Assembly: GCA_965206075.1 (NCBI GenBank)
Contig: CBDBIS010000001.1
Span: forward strand, 12,928 to 76,927
Direction of reading: 5' to 3'
DNA: 64,000 nt
Source: Alphaproteobacteria bacterium
GTDB lineage: Bacteria; Pseudomonadota; Alphaproteobacteria; Bin95
In this document: positions 1 to 9,863 of the stretch, piece by piece
How the letters are laid out: each line of letters starts with the position of its first letter
How positions within the stretch are numbered: the first letter of the stretch is position 1
The notes under the pieces: model-generated
Told to the model about the DNA's origin: nothing
The model's database searches: none
Seen by the model: the letters and a program-made list of their open reading frames with translations, nothing else
Position numbers and translations under genes: made by a program

Positions 1-536
1 TGCTGTTCCAGGACCCGGTGGACGAATTCTGGGTGCCGACGGTCGGCGAATATAAGGGCAAGCGGTTCGTCTCCGCCTCGCGCGGCGGTATCGACCTCAG
101 CGCCATTCCGCTGGCCGATGACAAGGAGGCGGAAGAGGAGGACACAGCGGAAGCGGATATCGCCTCGCTGATCGCGCTCTTCAAGGTGACACTCGGAGAA
201 GCGGTCAAGGATGTGCGCGGCTCGGAGGCGCTGACCGAGAGCGCCGTGCGCCTGGTGGCGGACGAGGGCGACATGGACCTGCATCTGGAACGGATGCTGC
301 GCCGCCACGGCCAGATCGACGGCGCCGTGTCGCGCCGCGTGCTGGAACTCAATCCACGCCACCGGCTGGTGCAGGGTCTCGCGCGCTCGATGGCGGCGGG
401 CGAGGACCGCGCCGCGCAGCTTGCGCCGCTGCTGCTGGACCAGGCGCGCATTGCCGAGGGTGAGGCGCCGGAAGACCCCGCCGCCTTTGCGCGTCGCCTG
501 GCCGATGCGCTGGCGGACAGCCTGCCGGGTCAGTAG
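1..536 (+). CDS. htpG: Molecular chaperone HtpG (Hsp90), C-terminal fragment; 5' end lies outside the window
   Basis: In-frame ORF running from window start to stop at 536. The translation (acidic linker EAEEEDTAE..., C-terminal dimerisation region) matches the HtpG C-terminus. The stop sits in a hairpin shared with the convergent truA. Confidence 0.8.
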   Translation, partial: LFQDPVDEFWVPTVGEYKGKRFVSASRGGIDLSAIPLADDKEAEEEDTAEADIASLIALFKVTLGEAVKDVRGSEALTESAVRLVADEGDMDLHLERMLRRHGQIDGAVSRRVLELNPRHRLVQGLARSMAAGEDRAAQLAPLLLDQARIAEGEAPEDPAAFARRLADALADSLPGQ

Positions 537-1267
537 CTGACCCGCGTCAGGCAGAGGCCGTGTGGCGGGGCGGTAGGCCCGGCCGCAGGGCGCGAGGCCG
601 CTGCGAGGGCCTCGGATATATCGTCGGGCGTGCGCTTTCCGGTGCCGGCTTCGCGCAGCGTTCCGGCGATGATCCGCATCTGGTGGTGCAGGAAGGAGCG
701 CGCTTCCGCATAGAGCACGATCTCGTCGCCCTCGCGGCGGACATCGAGGCGGTCGAGCGTCCGGACGGGCGAATTGGCCTGGCATTCCGAGGAGCGGAAG
801 CTGCTGAAGTCGTGCCGCCCGAGCAGGCGTTTTGCGGCTTCTCCCATCGCCCCGGCGTCGAGCGGCGAGCCGATATGCCAGACCCGGCCGCGGTCCAGCG
901 CCGGCGGCGCGCGGCGGCTCAGGATGCGGTAGCGGTAGGCGCGGCCCGTGGCCGAGAAGCGGGCGTGGAAATCCGGCGCGGCCTCGCTGGCCTCCAGTAC
1001 CGAGACCGGCAGCAGGCCCAGATGGTGGTTGACCGCATCGCGCAGCACGGCCGCCGGCCTCGCGCTTTCGAGGTCCAGATGTGCAACCTGGCCTTCGGCA
1101 TGGACGCCGGCATCGGTACGGCCCGCGCCCTGCACACGGACCCGTTCGCTGCAGAAACGGAAGACGGCCTCCTCCAGCGCCGATTGAACCGAGGGGCCGT
1201 TCGCCTGGGCCTGCCAGCCGACGAACGGCCCGCCGTCATATTCAAGCAGGATGCGGTAGCGCGGCAT
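530..1267 (-). CDS. truA: tRNA pseudouridine(38-40) synthase TruA
   Basis: MPRYRILLEYDGGPFVGWQ...GRTDAGVHA...FLHHQMR motifs typical of TruA. Start refined to the Met at 1267 within the longer 530..1642 ORF. The 5' end overlaps fmt by ~26 nt. Confidence 0.9.
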   Translation of the reverse strand: MPRYRILLEYDGGPFVGWQAQANGPSVQSALEEAVFRFCSERVRVQGAGRTDAGVHAEGQVAHLDLESARPAAVLRDAVNHHLGLLPVSVLEASEAAPDFHARFSATGRAYRYRILSRRAPPALDRGRVWHIGSPLDAGAMGEAAKRLLGRHDFSSFRSSECQANSPVRTLDRLDVRREGDEIVLYAEARSFLHHQMRIIAGTLREAGTGKRTPDDISEALAAASRPAAGPTAPPHGLCLTRVSY

Positions 1268-2180
1268 CGAGCAGCTCCGTTCCCGGCGGCAGGGGGAAGC
1301 CGCGCAGGAAGGCGTCGGCTTCCATGGCCGAACGCCCCGGCCGCTGCAGGCGGAGAAGGCGAAGCACGCCCTCGCCGCAGGCGACAGCGGCGCCGTCGTC
1401 CAGCACCCGGCCGGGCGGCCCGTTGCCGGCTTCCACAGCCGCCGCCTCGACCCTGATGCTTTCGCCCCGAAAGGCGAAGCGGGCGCCGGGCCGGGGCGCA
1501 AAGGCGCGCACCCGCCGCTCCAGCTCGGCCGCCGGGCATGTCCAGTCAAGGAGGCTGTCCTCGCGGGCGATTTTGGTTGCCCAGGTAACGCCCGCCTCAG
1601 GCTGCGGAATCGGTACGAGGCTGCCGTTCTCCAACCCTGCAAGCGCCGTCACCGCTGCCTCGCCGGCGATCTGCGCCAGCCGGTCGTGCAGGGCTCCGCC
1701 GGTGGTTCCCGGCCCGATGGGCGTGCGCCGCACCAGAAGCACGGGGCCTGTATCCAGGCCTTCGTCCATCGCCATGACGGAGATGCCGGACTCGCGGTCG
1801 CCGGCGAGGATCGCATGCTGGATCGGAGCCGCGCCCCGCCAGCGCGGCAGCAGCGAAGCATGAAGGTTCAGACAGCCGAAGCGCGGCGCGGCCAGAATGG
1901 CGGGCGGCAGCAGGAGGCCGTAGGCGGCGGTAATGGCGGCATCGAGGCCAAGAGCGGCGAAGTCCTGCTGGAGCGCGGGATCGCGCAGGCTCGTGGGCGT
2001 CGCAACCGGGATGCCGCGCGCCTCGGCAAAGGCCTGCACCGGCGAGGGCCGAAGCCGGTGCCCGCGGCCGGCGGGGCGGGGCGGCTGCGCATAGGCGCGC
2101 ACGACCTCATGGCCAGCGTCAAGCAGCGCTTCCAGGGCGGGCAGGGCGAATTCCGGCGTGCCCAGGAAGGCCAGGCGCAC
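1242..2180 (-). CDS. fmt: Methionyl-tRNA formyltransferase
   Basis: MRLAFLGTPEFA...NLHASLLPRWRGAAPIQ formyltransferase signature. Lies directly downstream of def (classic def-fmt operon). Confidence 0.92.
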   Translation of the reverse strand: MRLAFLGTPEFALPALEALLDAGHEVVRAYAQPPRPAGRGHRLRPSPVQAFAEARGIPVATPTSLRDPALQQDFAALGLDAAITAAYGLLLPPAILAAPRFGCLNLHASLLPRWRGAAPIQHAILAGDRESGISVMAMDEGLDTGPVLLVRRTPIGPGTTGGALHDRLAQIAGEAAVTALAGLENGSLVPIPQPEAGVTWATKIAREDSLLDWTCPAAELERRVRAFAPRPGARFAFRGESIRVEAAAVEAGNGPPGRVLDDGAAVACGEGVLRLLRLQRPGRSAMEADAFLRGFPLPPGTELLDAALPHPA

Positions 2181-2186
2181 GGGCCG

Positions 2187-2702
2187 TCAGTCCTTCTTGC
2201 GGCGCTTCGACTTGTCCAGCCGCCGCAGGATCACGCCGCGCTTGATCGCCGAGAGGTAGTCCACATGCAGCACGCCGTTCAGATGGTCGATCTCGTGCTG
2301 GAGACAGCGGGCGCGCAGGCCCTCGGCTTCGATCTCCTGCGGCTCGCCGTTCTCGTCCAGATAGGCGACGCGCACCGCTTCCGGCCGTTCGACATCCACA
2401 TAGACCTCGGGCAGGGAGAGGCAGCCTTCATTGCCGATGACGAGCTCGTCCGAACGCCAGACGATTTCAGGATCGACCAGCTTCAGCGGGGCCGGCTCCT
2501 CCTCGTCGCGCGCGCAGTCGATCACCACCAGGCGCTTGAGCACGCCGACCTGCGGGGCCGCCAGTCCGATGCCGGGCGCGGCATACATGGTCTCCAGCAT
2601 GTCGTCGAGCAGGCACCGGGCCGCGTCGTCCACCGCGCCCATTGGGGCGCACCGGGTCCGCAGCCGCCGGTCGGGCGCGATCAGGATGTCGAGCGTGGCC
2701 AT
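2187..2702 (-). CDS. def: Peptide deformylase
   Basis: GIGLAAPQVG, EGCLS and HEIDHLNG metal-binding motifs of Def. 171 aa. Confidence 0.92.
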   Translation of the reverse strand: MATLDILIAPDRRLRTRCAPMGAVDDAARCLLDDMLETMYAAPGIGLAAPQVGVLKRLVVIDCARDEEEPAPLKLVDPEIVWRSDELVIGNEGCLSLPEVYVDVERPEAVRVAYLDENGEPQEIEAEGLRARCLQHEIDHLNGVLHVDYLSAIKRGVILRRLDKSKRRKKD

Positions 2703-2763
2703 GTCCGCAGGTCGTCGATTCCGGGCCGCCTTATGCCACGGCGCGTCGCCTCCCGGAAGTCCG

Positions 2764-4312
<1,549 letters not shown>

Positions 4313-4462
4313 GGGCTCTGCCCTCCGGTGCGCCCGTGGAGTCCCGCCTCGGGCGTCACCGCCAGTATGGAGGCTGTCCCGCTATTTCAACAGCGGTTTG
4401 CTCATAAATCCGCGATTGCGAAGACGGGCGCCCCGTTCCGGCAGGGCGCCCGGCCCGATCGC

Positions 4463-5812
4463 TCAGAAGGCTGCGTCGCGTCCCTTGGCCCTGGCGAGCT
4501 CGCGGGCATTGGGGTTGACGGAGGGGCGGAACGGCATTTCGCAGACTTCCGCCGCCACGGGCCGTCCCGGCTCGTCGGCATAACGGTCCGGCAACCAGAC
4601 GGCATATTCGGTGCCGACACCCGACTTCTCCACCGGCACATAGCCCATGGAAATGTTGCAGCCGAGTTCGGGCGAGTACCAGGGCGAAGTGAGATAGCCC
4701 ACCGGCTCGCCGCCGCCCGGCTCCGACACCAGCCAGAAATCCGGCGCATAGTCGTCGATCGGCCTGCCGCCCATGCGCAGGCCGACCAGCTGCTGGCGCC
4801 AGGGCGGGTTTCCGGCCCCCAATTCCGCGCGCATCCGCTCCAGCGCCGCCTTGCCGATATAGTCGGCGGTCTTTTTGCGCGGCACCTGGTAGGCGAGGTT
4901 GCACTGGAAGGGATTGGTCTCGTGGTCCAGATCCTGGCCCCAGGAGAGGATGCCGGCCGCGATCCGGCGCTGGTGGCCCGGCGCAATCACCATAAGATTA
5001 TGCGCCTTGCCGGCTTCCAGCACTGCCTCCCACATGGCGTTGGCGTGGAGCGTGGCGTCGCGCAGGTAGATTTCGTAGCCCTTCTCGCCGGAGAAGCCGG
5101 TCTGAGAGATGACGACGGCGCAGCCGCCGACCTCCGCCTCCATGATTCCGTAGAACGGAATGTCGCGGACCGCCGGCCCCACCAGGTCGGCCATCAGCGC
5201 TTCCGACTTCGGTCCCTGGATCTGCACGGGGCAAACGTCGATCTCGTCGATCTCGACATTCATCCGCGCGCCGACATTCACGCCCTGCAGCCAGAACAGG
5301 ATGTCGCTGTCGGAAAGCGAGAACCAGAACTCGTCCTCCGCGAGCCTCAGCAGCACGGGATCGTTGAGGATGCCGCCCTTCTCGTTGCAGAGGATGACGT
5401 ATTTCCCGTGCATCGGCTGGATGCGGGCCGCATCGCGGGTGATGACGTAATTCACGAACCGCTCGGCATCCGGGCCCTTCACGCGGATCTGCCGCTCGAC
5501 CGCCACGTTCCACATGGTGACGTGTTTCGTGAGCGCCTCATATTCCACCGAGGCGCCGCCGTCCTCCGGGCGCACATAGCCGCGCGGGTGATAGACGCGG
5601 TTATAGACCGTCGCCCGCCAGCAGCCGGCCTCATGACTGAGATGCCAGTAGGGCGACTTGCGCACCCGCGTCGAGATCAGCAGTTCGGTCTTCGTCGGGC
5701 CGCTCTGGCGCAGGTTGTAGGGCACGACGCGGTCGGACTGGTCCACGCTCGTCGCCTGTTCCCTGCGATAGTGTGAAACGAGGCTGGGGGAATCGTCGAG
5801 GGGCATGGGCAT
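4463..5812 (-). CDS. Aminomethyltransferase (GcvT/DmdA-like, folate-binding) family protein
   Basis: GcvT-family signature over ~450 aa. Start refined to MPMPLDD, which has GGAGG 5 nt upstream; the upstream ORF extension looks non-coding. Confidence 0.78.
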   Translation of the reverse strand: MPMPLDDSPSLVSHYRREQATSVDQSDRVVPYNLRQSGPTKTELLISTRVRKSPYWHLSHEAGCWRATVYNRVYHPRGYVRPEDGGASVEYEALTKHVTMWNVAVERQIRVKGPDAERFVNYVITRDAARIQPMHGKYVILCNEKGGILNDPVLLRLAEDEFWFSLSDSDILFWLQGVNVGARMNVEIDEIDVCPVQIQGPKSEALMADLVGPAVRDIPFYGIMEAEVGGCAVVISQTGFSGEKGYEIYLRDATLHANAMWEAVLEAGKAHNLMVIAPGHQRRIAAGILSWGQDLDHETNPFQCNLAYQVPRKKTADYIGKAALERMRAELGAGNPPWRQQLVGLRMGGRPIDDYAPDFWLVSEPGGGEPVGYLTSPWYSPELGCNISMGYVPVEKSGVGTEYAVWLPDRYADEPGRPVAAEVCEMPFRPSVNPNARELARAKGRDAAF

Positions 5813-5992
5813 CGTGCCTCCACTGGGGTCAGGAGGCCAGATTGGGAGGGCAATTGCGGATGGATGCGCCCGTTCGCGACGATTTTCGCGGCATGGACGA
5901 CAGAATTTCGCTTGCGGGGCGCCTCCAGGCGATTGACAAGGCCGCGACACAAGGGCATTTGGGCTGTAGCGACATCTTGCCGGAGTCGGCCG

Positions 5993-7018
5993 ATGGCTGG
6001 CGAGCAGGTCTTCCGCGGGAGCGACGGCGCACCTGTCGAGGTGACGCTACTTCCTATTCCGAACTTCTCCTTCTCGAGTTTTGCAGCGCTGGTGGAACCC
6101 CTGCGCCTTGCGAACTATGTCGCGGAGCGCCCGCACTACAGTTGGCGCGTCGCGACGCCCGAGGGGATGCCGGTCCGGTCCAGTTGCGGCGTTGCGGTGG
6201 CGGCGGACGAGCCGGCCGAGCGGATCCGGCGCCCGGAGAATGTCGTCGTCTGCGGCGGCGTGGACGGCTGGGCGTTCGAGGACCCCGCTACCTTCGCGCT
6301 GTTGCGCCGCTGGGCGCGGGACGGCGCGCATGTCGGCGCGGCATGCACCGGCGCTTACGTGCTTGCGCGGGCAGGCCTCCTGCGCGACCGGCGCTGCACC
6401 ATCCATTGGGAGAGTCTCGACGGGTTCGCAGAGCGTTTCCCGGATATCGACCTGCGCGCGGCGCTGTTCGAGATCGACCGGGACCGGTTCACCTGCACGG
6501 GCGGCGCCGCGGCCTGCGACATGATCCTGCAGGACATCGGGTGGCGGTTCGGGGAGCAACTGGCGGCGGCGGTCGCCGGCCAGCTTCTCCACGACCGCAT
6601 CCGCAGCGGCCGGGACGAGCGCTACCTGCCCCACCAGGCCTGGCTCCGCACCAGCCATCCGGTGCTGGTGAAGGCGCTGACCGCGATGGCCGAACATCGC
6701 GAGGAGCGCCTTTCCCTGGTCGAGATCGCCCGCGAGGCCAATGTCTCGCCGCGCCAGCTTGAGCGGCTGTTCCGGCGCTATCTCGATTCGACCCCGGCGC
6801 GCTGGTATTTGCGGATGCGCCTCACGCGGGCGCGCCAACTGCTGATCGAGACGCAGATGCCGGTGACCTGGATCGCCGTTGCCTGCGGCTTCGGTTCGAC
6901 CTCGCACTTCTCGAAGAATTACAGGCAGTTCTTCGGCGTCTGCCCGCGAGAGGAGCGGCGCCAGCGCCGCGCGGCCCGCGAATCGGCCGTCCCGCCGCCG
7001 GTAAGCCGCGCCGCATAG
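5993..7018 (+). CDS. GlxA-family transcriptional regulator (DJ-1/PfpI domain + AraC HTH)
   Basis: N-terminal class-I glutamine-amidotransferase-like/DJ-1 fold (VVCGG...CTGA). C-terminal AraC HTH (IAVACGFGSTSHFSKNYRQFFG). Divergent from the nbaC-DapA-like-GcvT-like operon. Confidence 0.8.
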   Translation: MAGEQVFRGSDGAPVEVTLLPIPNFSFSSFAALVEPLRLANYVAERPHYSWRVATPEGMPVRSSCGVAVAADEPAERIRRPENVVVCGGVDGWAFEDPATFALLRRWARDGAHVGAACTGAYVLARAGLLRDRRCTIHWESLDGFAERFPDIDLRAALFEIDRDRFTCTGGAAACDMILQDIGWRFGEQLAAAVAGQLLHDRIRSGRDERYLPHQAWLRTSHPVLVKALTAMAEHREERLSLVEIAREANVSPRQLERLFRRYLDSTPARWYLRMRLTRARQLLIETQMPVTWIAVACGFGSTSHFSKNYRQFFGVCPREERRQRRAARESAVPPPVSRAA

Positions 7019-7065
7019 AGCGCGGCTCGACCCGTCCGCCCCTTCCGGGAAGGGGCGCCGGGCGA

Positions 7066-7092
7066 TGTCATGAGATGTCATGTTTTGTCATG
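7066..7092 (+). repeat. Iteron array A: 3x TGTCATG direct repeats, 10-bp period
   Basis: gaTGTCATGagaTGTCATGtttTGTCATGttcc read directly from the sequence. Confidence 0.9.
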
Positions 7093-7169
7093 TTCCCCAT
7101 GTGTAGGTCTTATGTTCTAGAGCGCGATCCGTTCGAGTTGAAACGGACTTACCGGTAAAGCCTCAATCG

Positions 7170-7450
7170 TCACCCCGGACGGTGCGCCAGCGGCGATCCG
7201 GGGTCCATCTTCCGGCATTTCCACCGGACTGAAACGGCAGTGGATGGGCCCCGGATCGGGGTCCGGGGCGACGAATTGGGTCAAGGACGGCAGCGTTTAG
7301 GGCGGAGCCCGATCTGTATGGATCGCAATTCAGTCCAAACCCGGAATTGTCGCCCCGGCCTCCGAGCCGGGGCCCAGTACCGCCGGCGCAACACGGCGGA
7401 GACCCGATTGCCTGGACCCCGGATCTCCGCTTCGCTCCGTCCAGGCATAA
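7170..7450. repeat. Cluster of REP/RIME-like GC-rich hairpin units (GTCACCCCGG..CCGGGGTCC / GGGCCCCGG..CCGGGGCGAC types)
   Basis: Four palindromic units at ~7170-7212, 7247-7280, 7350-7388 and 7410-7445. Near-identical units recur at >10 other sites in the window. Confidence 0.85.
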
Positions 7451-7548
7451 CGCCCGACCTGCCGTGCTTCCCTCCGTGTCGCGGGAGAGAAGCTTCGCGG
7501 CGGAAATCCGGGCCTACGGACCCGAAACCCCCGCGATGCGTCATCGGA

Positions 7549-7574
7549 TGTCATGTTCTGTCATGTTTTCCATG
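7549..7574 (+). repeat. Iteron array B: TGTCATG x2 + degenerate TCCATG, 10-bp period
   Basis: gaTGTCATGttcTGTCATGttttCCATG. Followed by hairpin GGGCATattcgaATGCCC. Confidence 0.85.
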
Positions 7575-7735
7575 CGCACGGGGCATATTCGAATGCCCGT
7601 TCCGGCATGACGCCGTCCTTTCCCGCGGGGTCTTGGGGTATTCCTCCCTGTTCCGGTGCCTGTCTGTCTTCGGCATAGGTCCCTCCTCTCGACCCGGTTT
7701 CACTCCCACCGGGCGGTTGGCGGCGGGACCCTTTT

Positions 7736-7850
7736 TGCGCGCGTATCCTGCGTGCGCGCCCGCGCCCGGCCGCCCGCGTCTTGCGCCGACGCGGTTCGTG
7801 CGCCTGATTGCGCGCGCGAGACGCCGGACGCACCTGTCCCGTCGCCTCCC
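7736..7850 (-). repeat. ~115-bp conserved GC-rich segment (copy 1). It is the paralog of the leader upstream of the TerS-like gene at 32926-33040
   Basis: Shared blocks ttttgcgcgcgt.tc..gcgtgcgcg ... gcggttcgtgcgcctgattgcgcgcg.gag.c.gga.g.gcac.t.gcctgtc between the two loci. Confidence 0.8.
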
Positions 7851-7924
7851 GCCGGGGCTTTTTTGCGGGCCCCAGTCCTTGCTTCCCTCTGCAGAAAAGC
7901 CGAAAGGCGGCCCCGGAAGCCGCC

Positions 7925-7962
7925 TCTCTCCACTCTCATCATACTACACTTTTCTCCAGGTC
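7925..7962 (-). promoter_or_regulatory. Putative sigma70-type promoter (minus strand) in an AT-rich islet, reading toward the conserved segment and array B
   Basis: Minus-strand reading gCTTGACctggagaaaagtgtagTATGATgag (TTGAC - 16 bp - TATGAT). Adjacent palindrome GAAAAaTTTTC. Confidence 0.4.
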
Positions 7963-8027
7963 AAGCCCTCTGGCGGGAAAAACATGAAAATTTTTCTAAT
8001 TTCCTGCCACAAGCCGAACGGCGCGCG

Positions 8028-8230
8028 GGCGGGAGCCATGGACGAACCCCGGTTCGGGGGCCGGGGTGACAATTGAGAGGCCGCCCCTCTTTCTCCCCTC
8101 GCTTGCGGGAGGGGCCGGGGGACGGCCCACTCTCTCAACCCGACGGGTCTTTGCCGGGCTTCGCCCACCGCTTCCGCTGGCGCGCAAGCGGTCCCCTCAC
8201 CCAACCTCTCCCCGCAAGCGGGGAGAGGGG
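8028..8230. repeat. RIME-like hairpin plus 'ccctcaccc/ctccccgcaagcggggagagggg' repeat family
   Basis: The motif family recurs at 33170-33470 and 43380-43520 (gcttccgc..gcggaagcgg, ctctcccc..ggggagag palindromes). Confidence 0.75.
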
Positions 8231-8328
8231 GAAACGCCGATGCGCCCGATGATCCCCGCAAGCGCCCCCTTGTCGCCCCGAACCCCGGATCGCAGTCCGG
8301 GGCGGAGATACGAGGACGCGGTCTTCCT

Positions 8329-8596
8329 GTGATACCAGCGGCTCCGGTTTGTGACTCATGGAGATCGCCGCCCGGTTTTCCCTCTGCGTCACCCCGGCCG
8401 GAGCGAAGCGGAGAGCCGGGGTCCATCCATGGCTCTCGACGATGCCGTAGCCGGTGGGGAGCAGGCTCGACCGCTGAAGTTGCCGCGAGAACCGAGGCTG
8501 GGCCCCGGCTCGGGGGCCGGGGTGACGGCGGGCGCCATCACAATAGGTTCCGATCGACGACCGCTGGTATGAGCCCCAAGTTGAGGCCGCTGGTAT
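8329..8596. repeat. MITE-like composite element bounded by GTGATACCAGCGG ... CCGCTGGTATGA inverted repeats with internal RIME hairpins
   Basis: Near-identical copy at 43565-43881 (identical spurious peptides in the ORF track at 8329 and 43565). Inverted copy at 54693-54990. Confidence 0.85.
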
Positions 8597-8759
8597 AAGC
8601 AGGAAAAATTTCGAAGACATACAGCCGATCCGACCGTTCGGCGGGAGGCTGTAGCTTCTTCGCCCGGCGCAGCCGTCCCGCTCCGGCCAAGCATCGACAA
8701 TGAAAAAATGCAACTGTAGGCTCCATCATCCGAATCCGCCTGTGGAGGATTGCGCGCCA

Positions 8760-9386
8760 ATGCCGTCCCGCATCGCTCTCGCCGCCCTGCCGCTGCTGCT
8801 TGCCGCCGCGCCCGCCTTCGCCCACCACCCGTTGGGCGGTATGGTGCCCAAGACCTTCATGCACGGCCTGCTTTCCGGCATCGGCCATCCGGTGATCGGG
8901 CTCGACCATTTCGCCTTCGTCGTTGCGCTCGGCCTGGCGGCGGCCTTCATGCGCAATGTCTGGCTGCCGCCGCTCGCGGCCATTATCGCCATGGCGGCGG
9001 GCTGCCTGCTCACCGTCGGCTCGGTGGCCCTGCCGGCGGTCGAGCCGGTCATCGCGGTTTCGGTGGTGCTGCTCGGCGGCATGGTGCTGTTCGGGCGCAG
9101 CCTCCCGGTTCCGGGCGCAGCCCTGCTGTTCGCCTTTGCCGGTCTTTTTCACGGCGCGGCATACGGCGAGGCCGTCATCGGCGCCGAGCCGACGCCGATT
9201 CTTGCCTATCTGATCGGCCTTGCGGCCGTGCAGATGGCGATTGCGCTCGCCGCCGCCTATCTGGTGCGGGGCGTCTGGAAGGCGGGCTCGGCCGCGGCGC
9301 TGCAACCGCGGCTGGCGGGCGCGATCTGCGCCGGCATCGGGCTTACCTTTACCGTCGAGTTGCTGGAAGGCGCGCTCCTCGGCTGA
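8760..9386 (+). CDS. HupE/UreJ family metal (Ni/Co/Cu) transporter
   Basis: Signal peptide ending AFAHHPLGG, the hallmark HupE N-terminus. Multi-TM hydrophobic body. Start refined to the internal Met (MPSRIALAALPLLL). Confidence 0.82.
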   Translation: MPSRIALAALPLLLAAAPAFAHHPLGGMVPKTFMHGLLSGIGHPVIGLDHFAFVVALGLAAAFMRNVWLPPLAAIIAMAAGCLLTVGSVALPAVEPVIAVSVVLLGGMVLFGRSLPVPGAALLFAFAGLFHGAAYGEAVIGAEPTPILAYLIGLAAVQMAIALAAAYLVRGVWKAGSAAALQPRLAGAICAGIGLTFTVELLEGALLG

Positions 9387-9416
9387 GCGCGCTCCGGACC
9401 GGCGCGTTACCGACGG

Positions 9417-9863
9417 CTATTGCTTCGGCATCGTTTCTGCGAGCGGCGCGACGCGGACCTCCACGGTCACGGCGCCGGCCTTCTCGAAGAGGAGCGTGAG
9501 CGGAAAGCTGCCGCCCGGTTTCAGTCGGCCCTTCAGGCCGAACAGCATCAAATGGTCGCCGCCGGGCTCCAGCGCGGCTTCGCCGCCGGCCGGCACATTG
9601 AGGGCTTCCACCCGGCGCATCATCACCACGCCGCCTTCGTGGATGTGGGTGTGAAGCTCGACGCGCTCCGCTGCCGGGCTTTCCGCACCGACCAGCCGGT
9701 CTTCGCCGCCGGCATTGCGGATCGTGAGCCAAGCGGCGCCCGGCCGGCTCGGCAGCAGGATACGCGCGCGGGCGTCCTCCACCGTCAGCGACCCGTCGGC
9801 CGAGGCCGGATCGATGCCGGCAAGGGAGGCGACAAGCGCCGCCGCAAGGGCGAACCGCAGCAT
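9417..9863 (-). CDS. Copper chaperone PCu(A)C (DUF461)
   Basis: Signal peptide plus H(x)nM motif region (ELHTHIHEGGVVMMRRV). Start ATG overlaps the stop of the upstream VWA gene (TGATG). Confidence 0.8.
   Translation of the reverse strand: MLRFALAAALVASLAGIDPASADGSLTVEDARARILLPSRPGAAWLTIRNAGGEDRLVGAESPAAERVELHTHIHEGGVVMMRRVEALNVPAGGEAALEPGGDHLMLFGLKGRLKPGGSFPLTLLFEKAGAVTVEVRVAPLAETMPKQ

Noticed and set aside
7240-8713. Several 80-280-aa ORFs on both strands in the 7.2-8.7 kb region (for example 7240-8076+, 8135-8713-)
   Set aside because: They run through RIME/MITE repeats. Identical 'proteins' recur wherever the repeat recurs (8329 versus 43565; 52361 versus 58497), the hallmark of repeat-derived fortuitous ORFs.
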